Notes: a model not told the origin generated them from the letters alone. Counted from the stretch's first letter, positions 19,611-29,517 are shown. The stretch: DNA of 64,000 nucleotides from an uncultured Alphaproteobacteria bacterium (GCA_944391475.1 CALXTR010000003.1:50823-114822), one strand, 5' to 3'. Numbers and translations: made by a program.

Positions 19611-20527
19611 GCGACACCAAAGACCACAACAACAACCAATCCCCCATTTATCTCTTAGGGGAAACTCCGCTGAGTATTTATTTAGCCTTTATTTTGGATT
19701 CTGCCGGCCAAAAACCACTAATCATCACCACTCCTCGGCCTGATACACCCGAGGTGGTTGATATTACTATCAAAGAAGCACAAAGCTTAAAAAAGCATAA
19801 ATTTAGCTATACTCGCAAAAGCTACACCTTTGAACCAGGGAAGCTGCTACTCATTACTTCACCGATTTCCAAGCTCAAATCAGAGCTGATGTTGCTTTCG
19901 CCCAAAAACTTAAGCTCCACCCCAAGTGTAATATTTTCCACTATAGAAAATGTTTCAATTGCCGAAACCTTACTGGGAAAATCTTTAATTCGGGGCTATG
20001 TTGACGGTTGGCTGCAAAACGGCAATCAAACCATTTCTCTACTAGGGGATAAACCCAAAATCAGCCTCGTTAAAAATTATTCCGTCTTAGAAGATTGTCT
20101 AGCAGTTTTGTCTTTGTTTAACCAAATTGAGCTTGACTGCCAGACCACAGAAAACAATAACCAAATTTTCTGGGAACATTTTGCAGTTGAGTTTTTAGGT
20201 TCAGTTCTTTCTGCCTCCACTCAACAAAATATTTATAACCTTATCAAAAGCAAAGATCGGCAACGCGAAATTGAAGCCTTTGCTGTCGAACTTGCCCAAT
20301 TGGCACAACACCAAAAAGCCGCTCTTGACCCCGCACAAATTAGCCAACAATTGCAAAATATCCCCATGCAATACTCTTTTCCTGCCCAGAAACTCGATTC
20401 GGAAGCCATCAGCGAACTCAACCACTATTACCGCTTTCTGATAAACCAAAGTTCTACAGCCAAGCTTCGCCTACCCAAACTTCGTTCTCTTATGAAAGAA
20501 ATATATTTTCGAATTAATTCATTTTAG
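19607..20527 (+). CDS. Hypothetical protein, possibly a degenerate ketopantoate-reductase (PanE/ApbA)-like Rossmann protein
   Basis: ATGA overlap with rsmB. N-terminus IYLLGETPLSIYLAFILDSAG resembles a GxGxxG dinucleotide fold in which the glycines are lost. There is loose C-terminal resemblance to PanE. Confidence 0.4.
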   Translation: MSDTKDHNNNQSPIYLLGETPLSIYLAFILDSAGQKPLIITTPRPDTPEVVDITIKEAQSLKKHKFSYTRKSYTFEPGKLLLITSPISKLKSELMLLSPKNLSSTPSVIFSTIENVSIAETLLGKSLIRGYVDGWLQNGNQTISLLGDKPKISLVKNYSVLEDCLAVLSLFNQIELDCQTTENNNQIFWEHFAVEFLGSVLSASTQQNIYNLIKSKDRQREIEAFAVELAQLAQHQKAALDPAQISQQLQNIPMQYSFPAQKLDSEAISELNHYYRFLINQSSTAKLRLPKLRSLMKEIYFRINSF

Positions 20528-20586
20528 CTTGAAGAAAAAAATAAAACCGCTAAACTAACCATAAGGCAACCAGTAGGGGAAACAGA

Positions 20587-21654
20587 ATGTATTCGGAAAA
20601 TCTTACCATTTATGCCGTTGCGGTCATGGCTTTCATTTTAAGTTTCGGCGGCTTTTATTATTTAAGCCTCCGCAACGAAGAATTAGCCCCTCGTAAAAAT
20701 GCACCTTTTGTAATTATTTTTCCGATTTTATCTCTGAGTTTTGCTTTTTTGTTTTACCAAATATCCAACCAACAAGATTTTATTTATAACCTATCTTGGG
20801 CAAACATTTTGTTGCCTTTACTTGGAAGTGCACTGATATATGTCAGTTGGCGTTTTGTGCGCTCTGCTCATATTGCAACCCTCATGATGTTTTTTTGCTC
20901 CGCCAGCGCCTATTTTTTTCAACCAGATGAGTTTTCAATTGCTTCCACAATTGCTCCATGGCTCAGCGGTTTACTTCTGTGCTTAGGACTATTTTTCTTT
21001 ACCTTTTTTTATCCCTACATTAGTGGGATAGATGGCATTTTAGGACTTCAAACCGCCAGTATCGGACTTGGGATTTTTGCTCTTTCGTTGCTTGGCGGTG
21101 TCCCTACTTTACTTGGTGGTTTCGGCCTAAGTTTAGGCGCCATTTTCTGTGCGTTTCTGATTTTTAATTGGTATCCGGCCAAACTAAGTTTAACCAAAGG
21201 CGGCGCACATGCGATTGGTTTTATTATCGGCTGGCTGATGCTTTGCGGCACATATGAAGGTAGTGGTCCGGCAGTTATTATTTTTGCGATGTTCTTTGTC
21301 GTAGAAATCTTAAGCGCTCTGCTCAAAAAAATGACCCTTCGCCCCGAATATGCCAATCTATCGGCCAACACCAACTGCTATGAGGCAAATTTATCTGGTT
21401 TTCCACCCTCATCAATTTCTGCCAACATCTTCCGCCTTTTGTTAATTTTGCTGATGATGGGCTGCTTTGAGCTCTATGCCCCTAATGCCTATACCATTCC
21501 GTTGTTTACCATGGTAGTTACCATCTGGTATCTCTCCAAAATAAAAAATTGGCAAACTTCCGGCAAGACCATTCGCGAGCTCAACCAAGATCTGATGATT
21601 GAGATTAAAAACAATCTTAACAATGTCAAAAATCAAATCAACAAGGAGAAATAG
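20587..21654 (+). CDS. Polytopic membrane protein, divergent glycosyltransferase family 4 (MraY/WecA-like), apparently missing catalytic motifs
   Basis: ISGIDGILGL resembles DGIDGL, and FNWYPAKLSLTKGGAHAIG corresponds to FNxxPAKxFMGDxGS with the GDxGS lost. About 10 TM segments. Confidence 0.45.
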   Translation: MYSENLTIYAVAVMAFILSFGGFYYLSLRNEELAPRKNAPFVIIFPILSLSFAFLFYQISNQQDFIYNLSWANILLPLLGSALIYVSWRFVRSAHIATLMMFFCSASAYFFQPDEFSIASTIAPWLSGLLLCLGLFFFTFFYPYISGIDGILGLQTASIGLGIFALSLLGGVPTLLGGFGLSLGAIFCAFLIFNWYPAKLSLTKGGAHAIGFIIGWLMLCGTYEGSGPAVIIFAMFFVVEILSALLKKMTLRPEYANLSANTNCYEANLSGFPPSSISANIFRLLLILLMMGCFELYAPNAYTIPLFTMVVTIWYLSKIKNWQTSGKTIRELNQDLMIEIKNNLNNVKNQINKEK

Positions 21655-21663
21655 ACCTCAACC

Positions 21664-23028
21664 ATGACCCCCATAAGCTGGCTGCAACAAAAAATTTCTA
21701 ATTTATCTCCCCGTAAGGAACCCCAATCCCTTACGGCAGCCGACCTTATAGACTTTAAAATCGTGGTAGTTGAATTTTTAGACAATGTTGAAAGCAACTG
21801 CGGAGAAATCATCACACGCCTTCTTGATAGCAAAGAAGGGCTATCGGCGACTTACTATGACGATCCCTTTCCCAAAACTTTCCTCAATTTGGAAAGCCGC
21901 ACCCTTTTTGACTTGATTGACCGTGGACAGTCAATAATTGAACGCAGCCGTGCCGATGTTTTGGTCTGGGGTTGCCGCGAAGGCAATAAAATCAGGCTAA
22001 ATTTTCAAACCGAACAACAATATGAAAATGAAGACCACGCCTTTGTATCTTTACTAGACAGCTTATATATCCCCGCTGCAATTTTCACCGCAGGTCAACC
22101 ATTACCACATGCCATTGGCAATTTGATTTATGGCGCCGTTATTAGTTCGATTAATACTTTTTCCAAAGAAAAGCAGATTCAAAAACGCTATTTACTCAAG
22201 AAGATAATCAACCAGTTATCAAAAGACGATTCTGCCAAAAGCCTCTCCATTGATTATCTCCCCTATATTATGAATTTTCTGGGAATTATCTATTTAAGCT
22301 ATAGTTATGACAACCATCAAGAAAAAGATTTCAAGATAGTTCGCAACTTGTTTGATACAGCATTAAAACACCAAGATTTAATCAAAAACCCCATTCATCT
22401 TGGTTGCATATATTACCATTTAGGCCAATTATACGATAGTGCCACCCAAAATATGGTTCATCGCCCCATGTCATATTATCGCGATGCCATCACCTTTTAT
22501 CGCCAAGCCCAAAAACATTTGAGCAAATATAATTACCCTTATGACTATGGGTACATTTCCTATAAACTTTCAGAATTGTTTTTTAATTATTGGAAACAAA
22601 AGAACGACATTCAGGCTCTGCGCGATGCCGTGTTCCAATTGCGCGAAAGCGAGAAAATCTACACCTATGCGCAATTTCCCGAATTTTGGTCAGAATTACA
22701 AGGCAGATTGGGCTATTTGTTGTCATTGCTCGGCAGTTTCACTAATAGTGAAGAAATTTGCGAATTAGCCATTGCCAGCTACAAAAACCAACAAAAAGTC
22801 ATTACCGAAAGACGAGATCCATTGGCTTGGGCACGTATCCAAGAAGACATCGGCGAAATTTATTACCGCTTGGGTAAAGAAGCCGCGGATAAAGATTTGC
22901 TGGAAGAAGCCTTAGAATATTTTCACGACGCTTTGTATATATTTGAAAACGCCGAAGACGAAGAAGAAGTAAAAAAACTTAATACGCATATCGCAAAAAC
23001 CAGCCAAATTTTATCTCTCAGCCGCTAG
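21664..23028 (+). CDS. Hypothetical TPR-like helical repeat protein (454 aa)
   Basis: Repeated aromatic-rich helical hairpin motifs (YYHLGQLYD, YYRDAITFYRQA, IYYRLGKEA). No enzymatic motif. Confidence 0.45.
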   Translation: MTPISWLQQKISNLSPRKEPQSLTAADLIDFKIVVVEFLDNVESNCGEIITRLLDSKEGLSATYYDDPFPKTFLNLESRTLFDLIDRGQSIIERSRADVLVWGCREGNKIRLNFQTEQQYENEDHAFVSLLDSLYIPAAIFTAGQPLPHAIGNLIYGAVISSINTFSKEKQIQKRYLLKKIINQLSKDDSAKSLSIDYLPYIMNFLGIIYLSYSYDNHQEKDFKIVRNLFDTALKHQDLIKNPIHLGCIYYHLGQLYDSATQNMVHRPMSYYRDAITFYRQAQKHLSKYNYPYDYGYISYKLSELFFNYWKQKNDIQALRDAVFQLRESEKIYTYAQFPEFWSELQGRLGYLLSLLGSFTNSEEICELAIASYKNQQKVITERRDPLAWARIQEDIGEIYYRLGKEAADKDLLEEALEYFHDALYIFENAEDEEEVKKLNTHIAKTSQILSLSR

Positions 23029-23063
23029 TCAGCAATGCATAAATAAGATATGTAGATTTTAAA

Positions 23064-23357
23064 TTCTCCGTAAAATTGCTCTAGACGACCATTATACGAG
23101 CTTTAAGTAAAAGGTCGGATAGTGAGGAGAATAATAAGAAACCAGAAAAAATACGACTGAGTGTATAAAGACATACACGATTGGAGTATTTTTTCTGGCT
23201 TCTGTATTAGTCACCCGCTAGACGAGCTTAAAGTAAAAGTTCGGAGTTTTAGGTTAGTAGAGTAGTTTTTAGGGCGAGAAAAGCTTGAGCGTATATAGAA
23301 ATACGTGAGCTTTTCGAGACCCGCTAAAACTGCTCTAATAACCCAAAATACGAACTT
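23064..23357. repeat. Block of modular about 125 bp palindromic repeat units (standalone copy), directly abutting the lptG-like stop codon
   Basis: Shares ttctccgtaaaattgctctagacgaccattatacga, ctagacgagcttta, tattagtcacccgctagacgagc and the gagYgtatawagaaatacRYg hairpins with 30478-30748 and 44730-45016. Confidence 0.8.
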
Positions 23358-24464
23358 TTACCCGTCTTCCAAATGCAACAACACCGACACACTAATCATC
23401 GTGACAATCAAAGTCGGCGTCCACACCGCAAGCAAACCGGGAATATCCCCGTTCACCCCAAAAGCATAAATCAGCTGAGAGAGAAAATAGACCAAGAAAC
23501 CGGTAGAAATTCCCCCCACAATCAAATACATCACCCCTCCGCGCCGATTGTTAGGACGCAAAGCAAACACCGCTGCCACTAAAACCATCGCACACAGCAA
23601 GAAAGGAGATGCCAACAAAGACCAGTAACGGAGCTGATGCTTTTGAGCTGAAAAGCCTGATTTTTCATAAAAGCTGATAGTCCCAGGCAAATTCCAAAAC
23701 GAAATAGCTTCCGGCGGCACAAAATTTTCTTTGATTCTATCAATGGTCAGTTCAGTTTTATATTTAACATTGTTTGCGGTTTTAACCGGCTTTCCGGCCT
23801 CATAAATTTTGACATCGGCCAGCTCAAACATATTATTTTTAAGTGTTGCGGCAAAGGCCTGAATATTTTTGATTAGTTCGGAGTTTCGTCCTAGCTCCAA
23901 AATACTAACCCCATGCATCAGCAACACATTCTTATCTTGGCGAACTGATTTTGCCTGCAGCACCAAGAAACAATCTGCATCAATCGCCTCACGCAGCCAC
24001 AAGCCTTTTTCAGAAAAGAGCACCGCTTTAGGGTTACGGGTTTTGAAACGATAATCAAGTGTTTCATAAAGTTCATTCATCCGTGCGGCAATCGGATTAA
24101 TCACGGTGATATTGATTACCCCGATAATAAAGGTAGTCAAAAGCACCGGCGCCAAAAATCCCCAAATAGAAACTCCGGCAGCCCGAATAATCACAAATTC
24201 GTTACTTTTACTAACTTTCCAAAACGTAATCATTGCCGCAATCATCATCACAAACGGAAAGACCAGCTCAAGCGTTTTGGGCAGTTTGGTAATTGCCATT
24301 TCCATCACAAACCCAAAACCGGCATCATCACGTCCGGATGTTCGGCGCAGTAATTCCACCACTTCAAACAGCAAGACGATACCCATCACCATCATGAGCA
24401 CGCCAAAAAAGCTAAACAAGAGCTGCTTACTTAAATATTTTCCTAAAATCGACTTTGGGTTCAT
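23358..24464 (-). CDS. LPS export ABC permease, LptF/LptG family
   Basis: YjgP/YjgQ permease topology: six TM segments with a periplasmic beta-jellyroll insert. Whether it is LptF or LptG cannot be decided from sequence. Confidence 0.8.
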   Translation of the reverse strand: MNPKSILGKYLSKQLLFSFFGVLMMVMGIVLLFEVVELLRRTSGRDDAGFGFVMEMAITKLPKTLELVFPFVMMIAAMITFWKVSKSNEFVIIRAAGVSIWGFLAPVLLTTFIIGVINITVINPIAARMNELYETLDYRFKTRNPKAVLFSEKGLWLREAIDADCFLVLQAKSVRQDKNVLLMHGVSILELGRNSELIKNIQAFAATLKNNMFELADVKIYEAGKPVKTANNVKYKTELTIDRIKENFVPPEAISFWNLPGTISFYEKSGFSAQKHQLRYWSLLASPFLLCAMVLVAAVFALRPNNRRGGVMYLIVGGISTGFLVYFLSQLIYAFGVNGDIPGLLAVWTPTLIVTMISVSVLLHLEDG

Positions 24465-24508
24465 GTTTATAATCCGATAATACTGGCACTAAGATAATAA
24501 AAAAGCTC

Positions 24509-25450
24509 TCACTTGGCAAGCTTATTATCTTCTTTGCGTGTAGGTTGAAACAATTTCAAAATTTCAGGATCATCTTGTTTGGCCTCAATCACTTCCTTGC
24601 GGATTTTACGGTTGCGAGCAAACAGCTCAAACAATTTGTCACCTTCGTCCCATCGAATATTGCGTTCTAAGGCAATCAAATCCTCAACAAAGCGCTGAAT
24701 TAGCTCCAAAATTGTGGTTTTATTATTAAGCAAAATATCGCGCCACATTGTCGGGTCAGAACCGGCAATACGAGTAAAATCGCGAAAACCCGAGGCCGAA
24801 TATTTAATAATTTCTTGTTGTTCATAACCCTCAAGATCAGCCACCGTTCCCACAATTGAAAAAGCAATCAGGTGAGGCAAATGCGAAACCGCAGCCATCA
24901 CTTTGTCGTGGTGCTCAGGCGACATAAAATCGATTCGCATTTTAGCAGATTTCCACATATCTGCAATTTTTTGTATCGCTTCTTGAGGAGCGTTACCTGA
25001 TGGGGTTAGGATACACCAACGTCCTTCAAAAAGCTCATAGAAACCAGCCTCCGGCCCCGACTTTTCGGTACCGGCCACCGGGTGACCGGGAATATAGATA
25101 ACCCCGCTTTGGGCTGGAATATGCGGCATAATTTGTTCAATGGCAAATTTTTTGATTGAGCCGACATCAGTGATAATTGCCCCTGACTTTAGTACCGGAA
25201 CAATCTCTTCAGCTATCTTACCATACACCCCAACCGGAGTAGACAGCACCACCAAATCTGCCCCCTTGGAGGCTTGTGCAGCAGATTGAGCATAAGCATC
25301 GGCAATTTTGAGCTCCACGGCCTTATGCATATAATCAGCGTTGGTATCAAACACCACCACTTCACGACACAGCTCATTGCGCTTTAGCACTCGAGCCAAA
25401 GATGAGCCAATAAGTCCAATACCGATAATTGCAACTTTATCAAATAGCAT
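24509..25450 (-). CDS. tyrC: Prephenate/arogenate (cyclohexadienyl) dehydrogenase, TyrA family
   Basis: N-terminal GIGLIGSS Rossmann motif and the TyrA core (HPVAGTEKSGP, PHLIAF). Confidence 0.85.
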   Translation of the reverse strand: MLFDKVAIIGIGLIGSSLARVLKRNELCREVVVFDTNADYMHKAVELKIADAYAQSAAQASKGADLVVLSTPVGVYGKIAEEIVPVLKSGAIITDVGSIKKFAIEQIMPHIPAQSGVIYIPGHPVAGTEKSGPEAGFYELFEGRWCILTPSGNAPQEAIQKIADMWKSAKMRIDFMSPEHHDKVMAAVSHLPHLIAFSIVGTVADLEGYEQQEIIKYSASGFRDFTRIAGSDPTMWRDILLNNKTTILELIQRFVEDLIALERNIRWDEGDKLFELFARNRKIRKEVIEAKQDDPEILKLFQPTRKEDNKLAK

Positions 25451-25463
25451 CTAGATACCCTTA

Positions 25464-26393
25464 TTAATCAAAATAACCCAAAGAGAGGTAACGCTCCACC
25501 GCATCAGGCAGAATTATGACAATATTTTTGCCCTTAAATTCTTCTCGTTTAGCGATTTCGATTGCCGCACTCAGAGCTGCTCCGGCCGAAATCCCCACTG
25601 GCAAACCTTCAACTTTTGCCACTTCTTTAGCCACCAATAAAGCGTCTTCGTCGGTGACATCAATCACTTCATTGACCAAGTTTTTATCATAGAATTTAGG
25701 AACAAAACCCGCACCGATGCCGGGGATTTTGTGAGGACCGGCCTCTCCACCGTTTAAGACCGGACTAGATTTTGGCTCCACCGCCACCACATATAAATCC
25801 GGATTATACGAACGCAAGGTTGAGGCAATTCCGGTTAAAGTACCCGAAGTACCCACTGTTGCTACCAATACATCAACCGCTCCGCCGGTATCTTCAAAAA
25901 TCTCAATACTGGTGCTAAAACGATGCGCATCAGGATTAGCTTCGTTAGTAAACTGGCTCAGCAACAAAACATTGGGATTTTTTTCAGCCAGCATATCGGC
26001 TTTGGCAATTGCTCCGCTCATACCATCTTCAGCCGGCGTCAAAATCACCTCAGCCCCAAAATGACGCATCAAGAGAATGCGCTCTTTGCTCATATTTTCA
26101 GGCATGGTTATTACCAATTTATACCCTTTAGCGGCACAAATAGCTGCCAACCCAATACCCGTATTACCGGAAGTTGCCTCCACAAATACAGTTTCATCTG
26201 TGAGTTTTCCGCTTTTTTCGGCATTTTCAATCATTTTGAGAGCCACTCGGTCTTTAATCGAAAAAGCCGGATTGTAAAACTCGCATTTTGCCAGCAGATT
26301 AGCTTTCACTTTGTGAGCTTTAGCCAGTTTAGAGAGTTTGAGCATGGGTGTTTTGCCAACCATTTCTGCCACCGAATTATAAATTTTTGTCAT
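25464..26393 (-). CDS. cysK: Cysteine synthase (O-acetylserine sulfhydrylase)
   Basis: PLP-lysine motif SIKDRVA, and GNTGIGLA, GTSGTLTG. Confidence 0.9.
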   Translation of the reverse strand: MTKIYNSVAEMVGKTPMLKLSKLAKAHKVKANLLAKCEFYNPAFSIKDRVALKMIENAEKSGKLTDETVFVEATSGNTGIGLAAICAAKGYKLVITMPENMSKERILLMRHFGAEVILTPAEDGMSGAIAKADMLAEKNPNVLLLSQFTNEANPDAHRFSTSIEIFEDTGGAVDVLVATVGTSGTLTGIASTLRSYNPDLYVVAVEPKSSPVLNGGEAGPHKIPGIGAGFVPKFYDKNLVNEVIDVTDEDALLVAKEVAKVEGLPVGISAGAALSAAIEIAKREEFKGKNIVIILPDAVERYLSLGYFD

Positions 26394-26493
26394 CTTTCAA
26401 CCTTTTACCTTGTTTATAATCCATAAAATATACTTTAATAAGTATCAAGACTTGAGTATTATTACAATCAAATTAAGGAATAAAGCACAAAAA

Positions 26494-27057
26494 ATGAAAA
26501 AGATTGTATTTATCATCCTCAGCTTGATGTTTGCCGCACCGGAAAGTTCGGCTAATAGCCTTGACGAACTTTACCGCGATTTAATCCGCGCCGATAATGA
26601 AGGCTATTTACCCTTGTTTGTCAAGAACCGTAAAGTGCCCGATATTTTGAGTGATGATAAAATTCCTGCAGCTCCTAAAACTACAACCACCACTACCACC
26701 CCGACAGATGTTCCGCAAGAGGTCAGTTTTGTTGACCCCCGCCAAAAGGAAGCCGAAACCGCCAAAGCAGAAGCTTTAGCTTGGGAAAATGCAATCAAAG
26801 CCATTCAGGAAAATCGGGTCACACCGGTTGAGTTAGAAGAGATTATCAAAAGAGTAGAACAAAACAATCCTCGCGCGGTTGAGATATATGCCTGGATGTT
26901 AACCAAAGGCGTGGGCGTCAAACAAAACCTGATTAAGGCCTTTCAGCTGTACCAGCAAGCTGCCAAATTAGGAGTGCTCAACGCCGAAAACAATGCCGCA
27001 CAAATCTATCGAGTTTTATCTCCTGACGAGAGAGCCTATTTAGCTAAAAACTCTTAG
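26494..27057 (+). CDS. Secreted Sel1-like repeat protein with a poly-Thr linker
   Basis: Signal peptide MKKIVFIILSLMFAAPESSA, a TTTTTTTP tract, and the Sel1 repeat YAWMLTKGVGVKQNLIKAFQLYQQAAKLG. The start at 26494 has an AAGGA RBS. Confidence 0.6.
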   Translation: MKKIVFIILSLMFAAPESSANSLDELYRDLIRADNEGYLPLFVKNRKVPDILSDDKIPAAPKTTTTTTTPTDVPQEVSFVDPRQKEAETAKAEALAWENAIKAIQENRVTPVELEEIIKRVEQNNPRAVEIYAWMLTKGVGVKQNLIKAFQLYQQAAKLGVLNAENNAAQIYRVLSPDERAYLAKNS

Positions 27058-27743
27058 TGATGCAGAGCTTTGTCTTCTTCTGCCTCTTTCATCAGCTCTT
27101 TAACAAAGCGTTTGAGTCCGACCTGACGTACTCTCTTCATCCGTTCTCCGGAGATAATTTTTTGCACCTTTTTGATGGTTTCTTCCAAATCCACATTCAC
27201 AATCACGTAGTCAAACTCATCCCAGTGCACAATTTTATCTAAGATGATACCCATTCTTTTTTCAATCACCTCTTGAGAGTCGGTTCCGCGGCTTTCCAAG
27301 CGGCGGCGCAGTTCCTTAATTGAGGGTGGCAAGAGATAGATTGTCACCACATCATCACCGGCTTTAGCTTTCATCTCCCGAGCACCGGCCCAGTCAATAT
27401 CAAACAGCACGTCTTGCCCAATATTGATAAAGCTATCGACCTCAGAGCGCAAAGTTCCGTAACGAGCCGAATATTGCGATTCGACATGTTCATAAAAAGC
27501 ATCTTGCGCCAAATATTGGTCATATTGTTCATCGGTCACAAAGATATAATCCACGCCGTCAACCTCGCCCGGACGTTTAGGTCTGGTGGTTACCGAAACC
27601 GAGAATTTGATATTTTTATCACGAGCCAACAACTCTTTGACCACGGCACTTTTACCGGTTCCGGAAGGTGCTTCAATAATAAACATGGCACCTTTACGCA
27701 CTTTTCTTAAATTATCAATAATTTCATCCATCACACACCTCAC
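27054..27743 (-). CDS. gmk: Guanylate kinase
   Basis: P-loop IEAPSGTGKS, then TTRPKRPGEVDGVDYIFV. Confidence 0.9.
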   Translation of the reverse strand: MRCVMDEIIDNLRKVRKGAMFIIEAPSGTGKSAVVKELLARDKNIKFSVSVTTRPKRPGEVDGVDYIFVTDEQYDQYLAQDAFYEHVESQYSARYGTLRSEVDSFINIGQDVLFDIDWAGAREMKAKAGDDVVTIYLLPPSIKELRRRLESRGTDSQEVIEKRMGIILDKIVHWDEFDYVIVNVDLEETIKKVQKIISGERMKRVRQVGLKRFVKELMKEAEEDKALHH

Positions 27744-28660
27744 TCTATATTTTGAACTTGTTCTCTAAATTGCTCAATCAGCGCTTTTAGCTCCATTCCG
27801 CAGTTTGTCAGTTCGATTTCAGCAGACTTGGAGCAAATTGTGTTGCTTTCACGATTGAGCTCCTGACACAAAAAGTCGAGCCTCCGCCCGATATTTCCAC
27901 CGTTATTAAGTAACTCTCCGGCTGTTTTGATATGCGCTTTTAAGCGGTCGATTTCTTCTTGAATATCAGCTTTGGTTACATATAAAACCACTTCTTGCGC
28001 CAAACGCTCCTCGCTGATTTGGTTAGAAGGCTCGAGCCAAAGCGCAATCTGTTGTTGGAGTTTGTCTTTAAGACGAGCTGGCAGATTTTGAGCAATTTCA
28101 TCAACTTTAGAAACCACTTCACTGATTTTATAAATAATCTCGCGCAGAGCGGCGGCAATTTTTTCACCCTCGGCCTGACGATCTTGTTGCAAAGCCTCAC
28201 AAGCCTGCGCAAAACTCTCTAAAATTTCCGATTGCAGTTCGGCAATTTCTTGTTCATCAAGTTTGTGATCCTCAATCTCGACCACCCCGCGAATATTTAA
28301 TATTTCGGCCGGATTAGGCTTTTGCATCAAGTTTTGATTATCTTGGTAGAGCTGCAAAATTTGGCTAGTAATTTTAGCAAGCAACTGTTCATTAATTTTG
28401 AGCTCCGGTTCACTGTTTGAGGCCGATACATCTAAAACCGCATAGACATTGCCGCGGGTTAGATATTCAGCAGCCAAATTTTTCACCGATTGGCTCATCG
28501 CATCAAGCCACATCGGGAGTTTGGTTTTGAGCTCTAATGATTTGCCATTAACCGATTTCAGTTCCCAAAACCAAGTATAATCGGTTTCCTTCACCCGAAA
28601 CGCACCATTCACCCGTGCAAATCCGGTCATACTGGATATATACAAAATAACACTCCTCAA
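27740..28660 (-). CDS. yicC: YicC family stress-induced protein
   Basis: MTGFARV N-terminus and the YicC_N/DUF1732 pattern. Conserved gmk-yicC adjacency. Confidence 0.85.
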   Translation of the reverse strand: MRSVILYISSMTGFARVNGAFRVKETDYTWFWELKSVNGKSLELKTKLPMWLDAMSQSVKNLAAEYLTRGNVYAVLDVSASNSEPELKINEQLLAKITSQILQLYQDNQNLMQKPNPAEILNIRGVVEIEDHKLDEQEIAELQSEILESFAQACEALQQDRQAEGEKIAAALREIIYKISEVVSKVDEIAQNLPARLKDKLQQQIALWLEPSNQISEERLAQEVVLYVTKADIQEEIDRLKAHIKTAGELLNNGGNIGRRLDFLCQELNRESNTICSKSAEIELTNCGMELKALIEQFREQVQNIE

Positions 28661-28720
28661 ATCAGATTTTTTATATTATATTAGCGATTATAAAGACTAA
28701 ACCTTAACTCAGGATTAAAA

Positions 28721-29491
28721 ATGCTAAAAAATGCCGAAAATATCTTAATCACCGGAGCAAGCAGCGGAATTGGCCGAGCTCTGGCAATATACTATGCTCA
28801 AAACGGAGCTAAGAATTTGTTTATCTGCGGCCGAAATTTTGAAAGACTTTCCGCTGTTCAAAACGAATGTACCAAATATGGTGCGACGGTTTATCCGTGC
28901 ATTTTAGATGTTACCGATAGACAAGCTGTTAAAGAATGGATATTTAACTGCGAGCAGGTTGCACCGCTAAACTTAGTCATTGCCAATGCCGGTGTAGCCA
29001 CTCTGCAAGAAACCCCGGAGCACATCTACAACACTTTTGAGACCAACATTTTTGGGGTTGTCAATACGGTATTACCGAGCATTGAAGTATATCGAAAAAG
29101 AGATAATAAGGCAGATAAGCGCAAAGCCATTGCCATCATCAGTTCGATAGCGGGTTATCATGGTATGCCGAGTTGTCCTTCTTATAGTGCCTCTAAAGCC
29201 TGCGTTAAAGCTTGGGGCGAAGGCTTAAGAGGAGATTTGAAAGGAGATAAAATTAAAGTTAGTGTGGTGTGCCCCGGCTTTGTCCGTTCAGGGATTACGG
29301 ATAAAAATACTTGCCCCATGCCATTTTTCTTAGAAAGTGAGAAGGCCGCTGCAATCATTGCTCAGCGCATAGATAAGAATATCGGGTTGATAGCATTCCC
29401 CTGGCCTACCCGATTTTTTGCATGGTTTGGTTCCATTTTACCCAACCGAATTAGCCAGTTTATATACGACCGCCTTCCGCATAAAGTTTAG
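28721..29491 (+). CDS. Short-chain dehydrogenase/reductase (SDR)
   Basis: TGASSGIGRA cofactor motif, NAG, and the catalytic YxxxK (YSASK). Confidence 0.85.
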   Translation: MLKNAENILITGASSGIGRALAIYYAQNGAKNLFICGRNFERLSAVQNECTKYGATVYPCILDVTDRQAVKEWIFNCEQVAPLNLVIANAGVATLQETPEHIYNTFETNIFGVVNTVLPSIEVYRKRDNKADKRKAIAIISSIAGYHGMPSCPSYSASKACVKAWGEGLRGDLKGDKIKVSVVCPGFVRSGITDKNTCPMPFFLESEKAAAIIAQRIDKNIGLIAFPWPTRFFAWFGSILPNRISQFIYDRLPHKV

Positions 29492-29517
29492 ATAATAAGG
29501 CCTTAATTAAAACTCCG

